DNA of 64,000 nt from positions 32,001-96,000 of the forward strand of contig JBDTZG010000006.1 in the NCBI GenBank assembly GCA_040005235.1, read 5' to 3'. Each line of letters opens with the position of its first letter. The first letter of the stretch is position 1. The DNA is from Acidobacteriota bacterium. GTDB lineage: Bacteria > Acidobacteriota > Thermoanaerobaculia > Multivoradales > UBA5704. The notes beneath the pieces are model-generated. The model searched no databases and was not told the origin of the DNA. It worked only from the letters and a program-made list of their open reading frames with translations. Of this stretch, positions 41,466 to 51,164 are shown piece after piece. A program made the position numbers and the translations under genes.

Positions 41466-42290
41466 TCACCGCTCCTCCCGCCCCCCACCCCCCGAAAGCC
41501 GATGCGCCAGCAAAATCGGTAACGTCGTCACCGCGATCACGAACAGGGCGGTCACGTTGGTCACCGGCCGATCGCGCGGGCGGGTGAGCTGGTCGAGAAT
41601 CCAGATCGGCAGGGTCCGCTGCTGGCCCGCGGTGAAGGTGGTGACGATCACTTCGTCGAAGGAGAGGGAGAAGGCGAGCATCCCTCCGGCAAGGAGCGCG
41701 GTGGCGAGGCTTGGGAGGACGATCCGGCGGAAGGTTTGGAAAGTGTCGGCTCCCAGATCCATCGAGGCTTCGATTTGGGAGCGGCCGGTGCGCCGGAGGC
41801 GGGCTGCGACGTTGTTGTAGACGGTGACGATGCAGAACGTTCCGTGGCCGGCGACGATGGTCCAGAAGCTGAAAGGGAGTCCGGTGAGCGCGAGGCCTGA
41901 TCGTAGTGCGATGCCGGTGACGATGCCGGGGAGCGCGATCGGCAGGATCACCAGCAGAGTGACCATCTCGCGTCCGGCGAAGCGGCCTCGGACCACGGCG
42001 AGAGCGGCGAGTGTTCCTAGAACCACGGCAACCGCCGTCGAGACCGCCGCGACGCGGAGCGAGAGGGAAAACGCCTGCCACAGATCGGCGCGCTCCCAAG
42101 CTACGCTGAACCAGCGGAGGGTGAGGCCGGGGGGCGGAAAGCTGAGCGTCGCTTCGTCGGTGGTGAAGGCGTAGAGGAAGACCACGAGCAGCGGCAGGTG
42201 GAGGAAGAGGATCGCGCCGAGGGCCGCGAGCTTTAGGCCGAGCGGGGCGCGTTCTCCAGCTCCCGATTTGGATCTGGCGCTAGAGAGCAT
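41466..42290 (-). CDS. polyamine-type ABC permease (YdcV/PotC-like)
   Basis: [22 protein letters not shown] loop, [14 protein letters not shown]. Confidence 0.92.
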   Translation of the reverse strand: MLSSARSKSGAGERAPLGLKLAALGAILFLHLPLLVVFLYAFTTDEATLSFPPPGLTLRWFSVAWERADLWQAFSLSLRVAAVSTAVAVVLGTLAALAVVRGRFAGREMVTLLVILPIALPGIVTGIALRSGLALTGLPFSFWTIVAGHGTFCIVTVYNNVAARLRRTGRSQIEASMDLGADTFQTFRRIVLPSLATALLAGGMLAFSLSFDEVIVTTFTAGQQRTLPIWILDQLTRPRDRPVTNVTALFVIAVTTLPILLAHRLSGGGGREER

Positions 42291-43185
42291 CGAACGCTCC
42301 CAGCCGCCGCGCCCAGGCGAGGTAGGCGGCCATGATCAACATGGGCACCACGGTCATTGCGGCAGCGAGCGGGACGTTTCCCGCCGTGCCCTGGTGTCGG
42401 AGGACGGCCTGGCCGATGAACAGGCTCGAATCGCCGATCGTGCCGGGGATGATGAAATCGCCGAGAGTGAGCGAAAACGTGAAGATCGAGCCTGCGATTA
42501 CGCCGGGGAGGGCGAGCGGCAGCGTCACCTTGCGAAAGGTTTTTCCCGGTGGAGCGCCGAGATCGGCGGAGGCTTCGAGCAACGATTTCGGCACCCGTTC
42601 GAGCGCCGCCTGGATCGGCAGGATCATGTACGGGAGCCAAATGTAGAGGAAGACCAGGAAGCGGCCGAGAGTTGAGAACGAGAGCGACGGACCGCCGATT
42701 CCGGGGATCGCGAGCACCGCATCGAGCACGCGGCCCAACCCTGCGGCGGAGAAGAACCAGGAGAGGATCCCCTCTTTCGCCAGGATCAATTTCCAAGAAT
42801 AGACGCGCACGATGTAGCTCGACCAGAGCGGCAGGATAACCCCGAGGTAGAGCAGCGATCGCACCCGGCCGCGGGCGTAGCGCGCCATGTAATAGGCGAG
42901 CGGGAAGGAGAGCAGGGCGGCGGCGATCGTCACTGTGGCGGCCATCAGGGTCGTGCGGCGGAAAATGTCGAGATTCGCCGGAGTGAAGAGCTGCGCGTAG
43001 GTGGCGAAGGAGAAACTCCGCACCACCTGGCCGGTGAACTCGTCGACGTGGAAAAAGCTCTGGACCAAGAGCGCGGCGAGGGAACCGAGGTAGACGACGC
43101 CCAGCCAGAGCAGCGGCGGACCGAGCAGCAGACCGAGCGCCCAGCGTGGATGGCGGAATAGAAAGTTGGCGGCGCGGCGGAGCAT
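42280..43185 (-). CDS. polyamine-type ABC permease (YdcU/PotB-like)
   Basis: [34 protein letters not shown]. Start at ATG 43185. Confidence 0.92.
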   Translation of the reverse strand: MLRRAANFLFRHPRWALGLLLGPPLLWLGVVYLGSLAALLVQSFFHVDEFTGQVVRSFSFATYAQLFTPANLDIFRRTTLMAATVTIAAALLSFPLAYYMARYARGRVRSLLYLGVILPLWSSYIVRVYSWKLILAKEGILSWFFSAAGLGRVLDAVLAIPGIGGPSLSFSTLGRFLVFLYIWLPYMILPIQAALERVPKSLLEASADLGAPPGKTFRKVTLPLALPGVIAGSIFTFSLTLGDFIIPGTIGDSSLFIGQAVLRHQGTAGNVPLAAAMTVVPMLIMAAYLAWARRLGAFDAL

Positions 43186-43198
43186 TTTCGGTTCCCGA

Positions 43199-44245
43199 TC
43201 ACCCGACAAGCGCGCGAATCGCGGAGGGTTCCCAGGCGAGCCGGACCCGCCTCCCCTGAGCGCAGGCGGCATCCGCCGCATCCGCGTCGAGGTTCTGCGC
43301 CACCACGGCCAACTCGCCGCCCTCGTCGAGTTCGACCGTGTAACGGGTGTGCATGCCGAGGTAGACCGCCTCGCGGATCGATCCTGTTGCGCTCGCCTCG
43401 CCCGGTCCGGCGGAAGCTTCGGGCGCAAGCAGGCGGATCCGCTCCGGACGAATCGCCGCGGGACCGGGCGTACCCGTCAGCCGCTGGGCTAGATCCCCAA
43501 GCAGCAGGTTCGTGGTGCCGACGAAACCGGCGACGAACACCGTCCTCGGCCGTTCGTAGACCTCGGCGGGAGTGCCCACCTGCTCGACGCGCCCCTGGTT
43601 GAAGACCGCCAGGCGATCGGACATCGCGAGCGCCTCTTCCTGGTCATGGGTGACGAACAGAAAGGTGATCCCCACCTGGCGCTGGATCGCTTTCAGCTCC
43701 GTCTGCATCTGTTGCCGAAGCTTCAAATCCAAAGCGCCGAGCGGCTCGTCGAGCAGCAGAACGCGCGGCCGGTTGATCAGGGCGCGGGCGAGCGCCACCC
43801 TTTGACGTTGCCCGCCGGAAAGCTGCGCCGGTTTCCGCGCGCCATAGTCGGGCAGACAGACCAGGTCGAGCGCCTCGGCCACCCGGCGACGGATCTCGGG
43901 TTTCGCCACCTTCTTGATCGTCAGGCCATAGGCGACGTTGTCCGCCACCGAAAGGTGAGGGAACAGCGCGTAGTCCTGGAAGACCGTGTTGACGTCCCGT
44001 TCGTAGGGAGGCAGATCGGTGACGTCGCGGCCGTGCAGCTCGACCCGGCCGGCGGTCGGCCGTTCGAATCCGGCGAGCATGCGCAGGCAGGTGGTCTTGC
44101 CCGAGCCTGAGGGGCCGAGCATCGCGAAGAACTCGCCGTCGGCGATTTCGAGCGAGACGCCGTCCACCGCGCGCACCTCGCCGAAATGACGCGAGACGTC
44201 GACGAACCGAACGGCCATCGCGGCCATCGCGGCCATCGCGGTCAT
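43199..44245 (-). CDS. polyamine-type ABC ATPase (YdcT/PotA-like) with TOBE domain
   Basis: [40 protein letters not shown]. Confidence 0.95.
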   Translation of the reverse strand: MTAMAAMAAMAVRFVDVSRHFGEVRAVDGVSLEIADGEFFAMLGPSGSGKTTCLRMLAGFERPTAGRVELHGRDVTDLPPYERDVNTVFQDYALFPHLSVADNVAYGLTIKKVAKPEIRRRVAEALDLVCLPDYGARKPAQLSGGQRQRVALARALINRPRVLLLDEPLGALDLKLRQQMQTELKAIQRQVGITFLFVTHDQEEALAMSDRLAVFNQGRVEQVGTPAEVYERPRTVFVAGFVGTTNLLLGDLAQRLTGTPGPAAIRPERIRLLAPEASAGPGEASATGSIREAVYLGMHTRYTVELDEGGELAVVAQNLDADAADAACAQGRRVRLAWEPSAIRALVG

Positions 44246-44247
44246 CG
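44212..44247. repeat. 4 x 9-bp tandem repeat (CGGCCATCG) at the ABC ATPase start
   Basis: CGGCCATCG x3 plus CGGTCATCG. Encodes [11 protein letters not shown] with several in-frame Met codons. Confidence 0.8.
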
Positions 44248-44287
44248 CCGTTCGTCCGTCGAGATTCAATTCGAGATCCTGAGTTGC

Positions 44288-45511
44288 CTACCGGCCGCCG
44301 AGGATCGCGATGTAGTCCGTCGTCCAGCGGTAGTAGGGGACGCAATTCTTTGTGCCGTCGCCGCAGTCGGAGGTCGGCGTCCGCCAGAAAGCGATCCTGT
44401 CGAAGTTGTCGAATCCGTTCGTGGCGCAGCCGGTGTCGGTCAGAAGCGCATTGCCTTTGCAGGCCGCGGGCACCGCGGGGACTGAGCCGAACCAAGACGC
44501 CACGTCGCCCTGGACCTTCGGCGCGATCGAATGCTCCAGCCACTTATAGGCACAGTTCGGATGCTTCGCGTCGACGTGCAGCATGGTCGTATCCGCCCAG
44601 CCGGTCGCCCCTTCTTTGGGAAAGACGCTCGCGACGGGCTGCTTGTCCGCTTGGAGCAGGTTGACCTGGAACGGCCAAGTGCCCGAAGCGACCACCCCCT
44701 CGTTCTTGAAGTCGTCGATCTGGGCGTTGGCGTCGTGCCAGTACTTGCCGATCAGGGTCTTCTGGCCGCGCAGCAGGGCGAGTGCCTCTTTGTATTGCGG
44801 TTCGGTGAGCGAGTACGGATCTTTGATTCCGAGCGCGGGCTTTGCCGACTTCAAGTAAAGCGCGGCGTCGGCAATATAGATCGCGCCGTCGTACGCTTGG
44901 ATCCGTCCCTTGTTCGACTTGCCGTCGGGCAAGGTTGTCTCGTTGAACACCACGTTCCAGCTGTCGGGCGGCTTGGTGCCGAACACCTTGGTGTTGTACA
45001 TCAGCACGTTCGGCCCCCACTGATAGGGAACGCCGTAATGTTTGCCGCCGACCGTGTGCCATGCCGCGTTCTGAAGCCGCGGATCGACTTGGCCCCAACT
45101 GGGAATCAGGGCGGTGTTGATTTTTTGGATCTTTCCCCCGGCGACCAACCGGAGCGAGGCGTCACCCGAGGCGGTCACGAGATCGAAGCCCCCGTCGTTC
45201 ATCAACGCGACCATCTCGTCCGAGGTGGCGGCCGTCTTCACGCTCACCTTGCAGCCAGTCTCCTTCTCGAAGCCGGTCACCCAGTCGTAGGTCTTGTCGG
45301 TGTCGCCCCGCTCGACATAGCCGATCCAGGCGACGATCGAAACCTCCCCCTCGCCAGGTCCCACCGCCTGGAGGGGGTTGCTCGGACCGGTCGAGGCGGC
45401 GGCCGCGCCGCCGTCCGGGACTTCCGGCGCCTTCGGCGCGCAGGCGACGGGCAGGATCGCGAAGATTGCGGCGAAGATCGGCATCTTCCACGGCGAGCGT
45501 CGGCGGATCAT
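44288..45511 (-). CDS. polyamine-type ABC substrate-binding lipoprotein (YdcS-like)
   Basis: Lipobox-like PVAC, DLVTASGDASLRL, YQWGPNVLMYN, PKEGATGWADTTMLH..HPNCAYKW. Confidence 0.92.
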   Translation of the reverse strand: MIRRRSPWKMPIFAAIFAILPVACAPKAPEVPDGGAAAASTGPSNPLQAVGPGEGEVSIVAWIGYVERGDTDKTYDWVTGFEKETGCKVSVKTAATSDEMVALMNDGGFDLVTASGDASLRLVAGGKIQKINTALIPSWGQVDPRLQNAAWHTVGGKHYGVPYQWGPNVLMYNTKVFGTKPPDSWNVVFNETTLPDGKSNKGRIQAYDGAIYIADAALYLKSAKPALGIKDPYSLTEPQYKEALALLRGQKTLIGKYWHDANAQIDDFKNEGVVASGTWPFQVNLLQADKQPVASVFPKEGATGWADTTMLHVDAKHPNCAYKWLEHSIAPKVQGDVASWFGSVPAVPAACKGNALLTDTGCATNGFDNFDRIAFWRTPTSDCGDGTKNCVPYYRWTTDYIAILGGR

Positions 45512-45692
45512 GAGCGGCTCCTTGCTCGGAATCGAAAGGTCGGTTCCGGGAGGTGTGGTCGGCAAATCGTTGAAGGGAAGACTAGTGTCCGGACGGGGCC
45601 GTCCGCAAGGCGCCGGTTTCGTTCCGCCCGCATCTCGTGTCCAAGCAGGTAGGATGAACCTACAAGCCCTAGCGATCCCGATCCGGATTCCG

Positions 45693-46328
45693 ATGATGAC
45701 CCCCAGGGAGCAGAGCCCCGCCTCGTTCCGAGCGCTCCCCCTCGATTCGGTCGAGGACGAGCGGCGGCTGCTCGCCGACTATTCGCGCGGCGATCGCGCC
45801 GCGGCCGAACGGCTGGTGGCGAGTACCTACCGCCAGGTGTTCGCGTTTCTCGCCAAGCTTTGTGGCGGCGACGCGGATCTGGCGGCCGATCTCACGCAGG
45901 ACACCTACAAGAAGGCGTGGGACGCCCTCTCCCGGTTCGACGGCCGGTCGAGATTCGCCACCTGGCTCTGCCGGATCGCCTACACCACGTTCCTCAATCA
46001 CATCCGCCGGCCTCGGCGCGTGGTGCAGATTGAGGACGACGTGGCGGATCAGGTCGCCGATCCCGATCCGAGCCCCGAGGATCTCGCAGGGCTCGCGGTC
46101 TCGGGCGAGCGCCTGCGCCACGCGGTGATGGCTCTGCCCGAGCCGCTGCGCGAAACGATCACCGCCCATTTCTGGGGCGGCACCGACATTCCGGACATCG
46201 CCCGTGACGAGGGGGTCACCGCCGTGGCGATCCGCAAGCGGATCAAGAAAGCGCTCGCCGTGCTCGCGCATTCGCTCGATAGAACCTTCGGCTCGTCGAC
46301 CGAAGCCACCGGGGAGGACGCGCGATGA
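45693..46328 (+). CDS. ECF RNA polymerase sigma factor
   Basis: AADLTQDTYKKAW, FDGRSRFATWLCRIA, region 4 IARDEGVTAVAIRKRIKKA. Start at 45654 or 45693. Confidence 0.88.
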   Translation: MMTPREQSPASFRALPLDSVEDERRLLADYSRGDRAAAERLVASTYRQVFAFLAKLCGGDADLAADLTQDTYKKAWDALSRFDGRSRFATWLCRIAYTTFLNHIRRPRRVVQIEDDVADQVADPDPSPEDLAGLAVSGERLRHAVMALPEPLRETITAHFWGGTDIPDIARDEGVTAVAIRKRIKKALAVLAHSLDRTFGSSTEATGEDAR

Positions 46329-48553
46329 ACGCCAACGCTGAGCGAAACGAAATCCGCGAGAGCGAGCTGCGCCGCCTGTTGTCGGAAGCGCCGCCGACCG
46401 GCCCGGCGCTCGATCCGCCGGCCGACCTCTTGGCCAAGCTGCAGGAAGGGATTCCGGACGCGATCGAGCTGCATCCCGCGCTGCGCGGCGGCGAAAACGT
46501 CCTGCCGTTCCGGGCGCCCGCGCCGCGGACCCCCATGGCCCGCCGCAATGTCTGGCTGATCGCTGCGAGCCTGCTCGCGATGGCCGGGGCGGGCTACTTC
46601 TCCTTGCGGGTGCGCGACGTGGTTTCCGTGCCGGAAAATGTGGCGGCCCATGAGTCGGTGGAAGCGGCGAACGGGCGCGGCGCGATTCCGACCGGGGCCG
46701 ACTCGGCCCCTCTGCCCAAAACGCCGGCCGAAGGCACCGAAGCCGGGATTCAATCCCCTTCGGGATCTCCCGCAGCTCCGCCGCCGCCGGCCGACCTCAA
46801 AGCGCTCGGCTACCTCGGCGGCCCACCGGCTTCGGAGGCGGCCCCGGAAAAAGGCAAGCTCTGGGACCGACTCGACGAGACTCGTCGGCAGGCGACTCCG
46901 GCAGAGCAGGCCCGGGCCAACGAGGCGCTTCGGCGGCGCGAGGGCAGGCAGGCGAAAACCGAGCAGCCCGTGGAGGTCCCCGAGGGCGTGGAAGGCGGAG
47001 TCGAAGGGGGAGTGCCCGGAGGGGTCGCGGGCGGCGTGGTGGGGGGAGTTGTAGGCGGCGTGCCCGGCGGAGTGATGACGGGCGCCGCGGCTCCCTTCCC
47101 GGCGACCGAGCCGGCCAAGCCGGCCCCCTCGACCGGCGGAACGGCCGAGCCGAACGACCAGCCGTACGCCGACACCTTCTTCGAGAGCGCCGGGGTCAAT
47201 CCGTTCATCGACACCGACGAGGACCGGCTCTCGACGTTCGGGCTCGACGTCGATACCGGTTCCTTCACGGTGATCCGGCGCTACCTGGAAGAGGGCCATC
47301 GGCCGCCGAAGGATGCGGTGCGTCTCGAAGAGGTGGTCAACTTCTTCGATTATGCCGATCCGGCTCCGGCCCACGGCGATTTCGCGGTTCGCCTCGAAGG
47401 CGCGCCGAACCCGTTCGGTCCGCAGGGCAAAATCAACGAACGCCACCGCCTGGTGCGGGTGGGGATCAAAGCCCGCGAGATCGATGCCGTCCGGCGCAAG
47501 CCCTCGGTGCTGACCTTCGTGGTCGACATCTCGGGCTCGATGGACCAGGAGAACCGGCTCGGACTGGTGAAGCGGGCGCTTGAGCTTCTGGTCGCCGAGT
47601 TGCGCGAAGACGACAGGGTGGGCCTGGTGATCTTCGGCAGCGAGGCGCGCACGATTCTCGAACCGACGACCGACCGCTCGGCGATTCGGGAGGCGATCGA
47701 ACGGCTGCGGGCGGAAGGCTCGACCAACGCCGAGGCGGGATTGAACCTCGCCTACGACGTGGCCCGTCGGGCCTACCGTGCGAACGGCAACAACCGGCTG
47801 ATCCTCTGTTCCGATGGGGTCGCGAATGTCGGAAACACCGGCCCGCAATCGATCCTCAAGCGGATCGGTAAGGAGACTCGGGCAGGCATTGAGCTTTCGA
47901 CCGTCGGATTCGGCATGGGCAATTACAACGACGTGCTGATGGAGCAGCTGGCAGACAAAGGGGACGGACGTTACGCCTACGTGGACACGATCGAAGAGGC
48001 GCATCGGATCTTCGTCGACGGGCTCGCCGGAACGCTCCAGACGATCGCCAAGGACGCCAAGGTGCAGGTGGAATTCGATCCTACAGTGGTCCAGAGCTGG
48101 CGCCTGCTCGGTTACGAAAACCGCGACATCGCGGACGACAAATTCCGCGACGACACGGTCGATGCGGGGGACATCGGCGCGGGACATGCGGTGACCGCGC
48201 TCTACGAGGTGAAGCTCGCCGAGCGGCCGGCGGCGGGTAAACCGAACCCGGCGATCGCCAGGGTTCACCTGCGCTGGTTCTCGAAGGAATCCGAGCGGGT
48301 GATCGAATCGGTCCAGGCTCTGCCGCTCGACCGGCTCGCTCCCAAGTGGCAATCTGCGAGCCCGGCGTTCCGGTTGGCGACCCTCGCCGGCCAGTTCGCC
48401 GAGATCCTGCGCGGCTCCCCTTGGGCGAAGGGCGAGAGTCCGGTCGAAGTCGCCCGCCGCGCGCGAGAGCTTGCCGATCAGACCTCGGGCAAGCTGCACA
48501 CCCAGGCGATCGATCTCGCGACATTGGCGGATTTGGCGGCCCGGGCGAGGTAG
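46325..48553 (+). CDS. membrane-anchored YfbK-like von Willebrand A (vWA/DUF3520) protein
   Basis: TM helix, STFGLDVDTGS, MIDAS DISGSM, SDGVANVG, GNYNDVLMEQLADKGDG, IAKDAKVQVEF, LLGYENR. ATGA overlap with the sigma gene. Confidence 0.9.
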   Translation: MNANAERNEIRESELRRLLSEAPPTGPALDPPADLLAKLQEGIPDAIELHPALRGGENVLPFRAPAPRTPMARRNVWLIAASLLAMAGAGYFSLRVRDVVSVPENVAAHESVEAANGRGAIPTGADSAPLPKTPAEGTEAGIQSPSGSPAAPPPPADLKALGYLGGPPASEAAPEKGKLWDRLDETRRQATPAEQARANEALRRREGRQAKTEQPVEVPEGVEGGVEGGVPGGVAGGVVGGVVGGVPGGVMTGAAAPFPATEPAKPAPSTGGTAEPNDQPYADTFFESAGVNPFIDTDEDRLSTFGLDVDTGSFTVIRRYLEEGHRPPKDAVRLEEVVNFFDYADPAPAHGDFAVRLEGAPNPFGPQGKINERHRLVRVGIKAREIDAVRRKPSVLTFVVDISGSMDQENRLGLVKRALELLVAELREDDRVGLVIFGSEARTILEPTTDRSAIREAIERLRAEGSTNAEAGLNLAYDVARRAYRANGNNRLILCSDGVANVGNTGPQSILKRIGKETRAGIELSTVGFGMGNYNDVLMEQLADKGDGRYAYVDTIEEAHRIFVDGLAGTLQTIAKDAKVQVEFDPTVVQSWRLLGYENRDIADDKFRDDTVDAGDIGAGHAVTALYEVKLAERPAAGKPNPAIARVHLRWFSKESERVIESVQALPLDRLAPKWQSASPAFRLATLAGQFAEILRGSPWAKGESPVEVARRARELADQTSGKLHTQAIDLATLADLAARAR

Positions 48554-48588
48554 CCCTCACCACTGCCCGGGGCAGGGGGTAAGGGCTT

Positions 48589-49461
48589 TTACCCCCGCCG
48601 CACCCGTACCACGGCCCCGGGCTGAGCCGTGAGGTTGGCCCCGTCGAGCCGGGCCTCGACGAAGATCATCCGCGATGCCGGATCGATCTCCGGCGAGATC
48701 CGCTCGATGGTGCCGGAGAGATCGCCCAGATCGGCGGCCGAGGCGACGATCGGCGCGTCGAGAGCAAGGCTCTTCGCCTCGGCGGGCGGCACCGCGAAGC
48801 GGACGATCAATCCCCCCTCGCTCACCAGCCGGACGATCGGCGTGCCGGCTCCTACGGTCGCCCCGGGATCGAGAAAGCGCTCAGCCACCGTTCCGGCAAA
48901 CGGCGCCCGGATCTCGCTTTCGCCGACCGCGATCTCGGTCAACCGGACCCGCGCCCGCTCGCCGGAAACCCGGGCGCGGGCGGATTCGAGCGCCGCCTCG
49001 GCCTGCTGCTTCTGGATCTCGGCCTGGGCCAGATCCTCTTTCGAAAACGACTCGGGGATCGACAGCCGCCGCTTCTGACGGCTTTCGGCATCGGCGAGCG
49101 CGAGGTTTGCCTGCCGCTCCGCCGCCTGCGCTTCGCTCAGAGAGGCCCGCATTTGATCCAGCTCCCGGGCGAGCGAGGCGGCATCGAGCCGCGCGATCGA
49201 CGCCCCTTTCGCCAGGCGATCGCCCGGCCGGACGAAGACCGCCTCCAACCGGCCGCCCGCCGCGGCGGCCACCGAAGTGGATTGGCGAGAAACGAGAACG
49301 CCCAGATAACCCGTGGGCCGGCCGGCCGAGGCCGCCGCGATCCGCTCGACCGGTGCGTCGGAACCCGGGGGAGTGGCGGGTTTGGCGGTCTGACCGACGG
49401 GCTTTTCGCCGCCGCAGGCCGCGAATCCCAAGAGAGCGAGCGGTAGAACCCAGGATTTCAT
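48589..49461 (-). CDS. membrane fusion protein (efflux periplasmic adaptor), lipoprotein
   Basis: Lipobox FAAC, lipoyl halves VRPGDRL and IRAPFAGTV around an alpha-hairpin, ISPEIDPASR. Confidence 0.88.
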   Translation of the reverse strand: MKSWVLPLALLGFAACGGEKPVGQTAKPATPPGSDAPVERIAAASAGRPTGYLGVLVSRQSTSVAAAAGGRLEAVFVRPGDRLAKGASIARLDAASLARELDQMRASLSEAQAAERQANLALADAESRQKRRLSIPESFSKEDLAQAEIQKQQAEAALESARARVSGERARVRLTEIAVGESEIRAPFAGTVAERFLDPGATVGAGTPIVRLVSEGGLIVRFAVPPAEAKSLALDAPIVASAADLGDLSGTIERISPEIDPASRMIFVEARLDGANLTAQPGAVVRVRRG

Positions 49462-49524
49462 GGGGTGATCTTACCTCTGCCGCCAAGCAGACCCCCGGCA
49501 TGCCGCGTGCTAGCATCCTCCCTC

Positions 49525-50340
49525 GTGAAAGACCCCCGCTTAAAAGCCCTGATCGACGACCTTTCCGCCCGCGAATCGATCCTCATCGCCTACTCGGGCG
49601 GCGTAGATTCGGCGCTGGTTGCCGCCTTGGCGTTTCGCGCCGTGGGGGATCGGGCGCTCGCAGTCACCGCGGCGGCCGAGACGCTCGCGGGCGCCGAGCT
49701 CGACCATGCGCGAGCCCAAGCGGCGGAGATCGGCATCCGGCACGAAACGGTCACCTACAGCGAGCTGGACGATCCGGAATTCGTCGCCAACCCGAGCCAC
49801 CGCTGCTACGTCTGCCAAGGGATGAGAATGGACGCGATGCTTACACTCGCCGCGGCACGCGGTTACGCCACGGTGTGCGACGGAACGAACGCTTCGGACC
49901 CAGGTCCCGACCGGCCGGGATTGAAAGCGATCCGCGAACGGGCGGTCTACTCTCCCTTGTTCGAGCACGGCATCGACAAGGCGACCACCCGGGCTCTCGC
50001 CAAGGAGCTGGGCCTTTCCGCTTGGGATCGGCCGGCGAACGCCTGCCTCTCCTCCCGCATTCCCCACGGTCAGCTGGTCACCCTTGGCAAGCTCAAGCGG
50101 ATCGAGGCGGCCGAGGAGATCGTGGCGCGCGAAGGGTTCCGTGTCGTCAGAGTGCGCCACGAAGCCGAAGGCGCCCGGGTCGAAGTGGCGGCCGACGAGG
50201 TGGCCCGGCTCGCCGACCTCTGGCCGAAGCTGGAAGCCCCGCTCCGCGGTCTCGGCTTCGCCAGGGCGAGCTACGACCCCTCGGGCTACCGCCGCGGCGG
50301 AGCGGATCTGCCCAGCCAACCCGAGACCCCGGCCGCGTGA
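49525..50340 (+). CDS. larE: ATP-dependent sulfur transferase of nickel-pincer cofactor synthesis
   Basis: AYSGGVDS PP-loop, NPSHRCYVC, DGTNASD..RPG, ACLSSRIPHG. Confidence 0.9.
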   Translation: MKDPRLKALIDDLSARESILIAYSGGVDSALVAALAFRAVGDRALAVTAAAETLAGAELDHARAQAAEIGIRHETVTYSELDDPEFVANPSHRCYVCQGMRMDAMLTLAAARGYATVCDGTNASDPGPDRPGLKAIRERAVYSPLFEHGIDKATTRALAKELGLSAWDRPANACLSSRIPHGQLVTLGKLKRIEAAEEIVAREGFRVVRVRHEAEGARVEVAADEVARLADLWPKLEAPLRGLGFARASYDPSGYRRGGADLPSQPETPAA

Positions 50341-51119
50341 ATCGCGATCAGCTCTCCGCGCTGCTCGCCGATGTGGCGGCCGGCACGACGCCTCCCGCCG
50401 AAGCGCTCGAACAGCTCGCCGAGTTGCCCTACGCCGATCTCGGTTTCGCGAGGCTCGATTTCCATCGCGAGCTGAGGAACGGTTTGCCCGAAGCGGTCTA
50501 CGCCGAAGGCAAAACCCCCGAAGACCTGCGGAAGATCGCCGCCCGCTTCGTCGAAGCGCACGGCCGGCTGCTCGTGACCCGGCTCTCCGCCTCGGCAGCC
50601 GAGGTGCTCTGCGCCGATCTGCCCAACGCCACCTACCACCAACGCGCCCGAGTGCTCACGGTCGGCGGTCCGGTCGAGGTGGTGGCGGGAACGGTCTCGG
50701 TGCTCGCCGCCGGAACCTCTGACTTACCCGTCGCCGAAGAGGCCGCGGTCTGCGCTCGCTGGTTCGGCTGCCCGGTCGAAACGTCCTACGACGTAGGGGT
50801 CGCCGGCCTTCATCGCCTGCTCTCCCAACTCCCGGAGATCCGCAAAGCCGCGGTGGTCATCGCCGTCGCCGGAATGGACGGCGCGCTCCCCACGGTGGTT
50901 GCAAGCCTCACCTCGGCCCCCGTGGTCGCGGTCCCCACCTCCGTAGGCTACGGCGCGGCGTTTCACGGCTTGGCGCCGCTTCTCACCATGCTGAACGCCT
51001 GCGCCCCGGGCATTGGAGTGGTGAACATCGACAACGGCTACGGCGCCGCGGTGTTGGCGCACCGGATCGCGCGCTCCCGGCAAGGGGTGCCCTTGCCGCG
51101 TTGCGACAAGATCGGGTAG
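50337..51119 (+). CDS. larB: nickel-pincer cofactor carboxylase/hydrolase
   Basis: ARLDFHRELRNGLPEAVY, AGTSDLPVAEEA, DVGVAGLHRL, PTSVGYG, VNIDNGYGAA. GTGA overlap with larE. Confidence 0.93.
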   Translation: MNRDQLSALLADVAAGTTPPAEALEQLAELPYADLGFARLDFHRELRNGLPEAVYAEGKTPEDLRKIAARFVEAHGRLLVTRLSASAAEVLCADLPNATYHQRARVLTVGGPVEVVAGTVSVLAAGTSDLPVAEEAAVCARWFGCPVETSYDVGVAGLHRLLSQLPEIRKAAVVIAVAGMDGALPTVVASLTSAPVVAVPTSVGYGAAFHGLAPLLTMLNACAPGIGVVNIDNGYGAAVLAHRIARSRQGVPLPRCDKIG

Positions 51120-51164
51120 AAAGAGACTCGGAAGCGAAAGATCACCCTCTCGCTTGGAGGTTCC

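Noticed and set aside
46049-48499. 816-aa minus-strand ORF and similar long overlapping ORFs (13249-15036, 32471-33916, 59740-61893)
   Set aside because: Antisense or off-frame shadows of well-supported genes, with no recognisable motifs.
49496-49511. Sigma-54 promoter before larE (CGGCATGCCGCGTGCT)
   Set aside because: Spacing fits, but an overlapping extended -10 (TGcTAGCAT) explains the site equally well, so it is not called.
48675-51119. 814-aa ORF as a large LarB fusion
   Set aside because: Only the part from GTG 50337 is LarB. The upstream part overlaps the MFP and larE genes in other frames.
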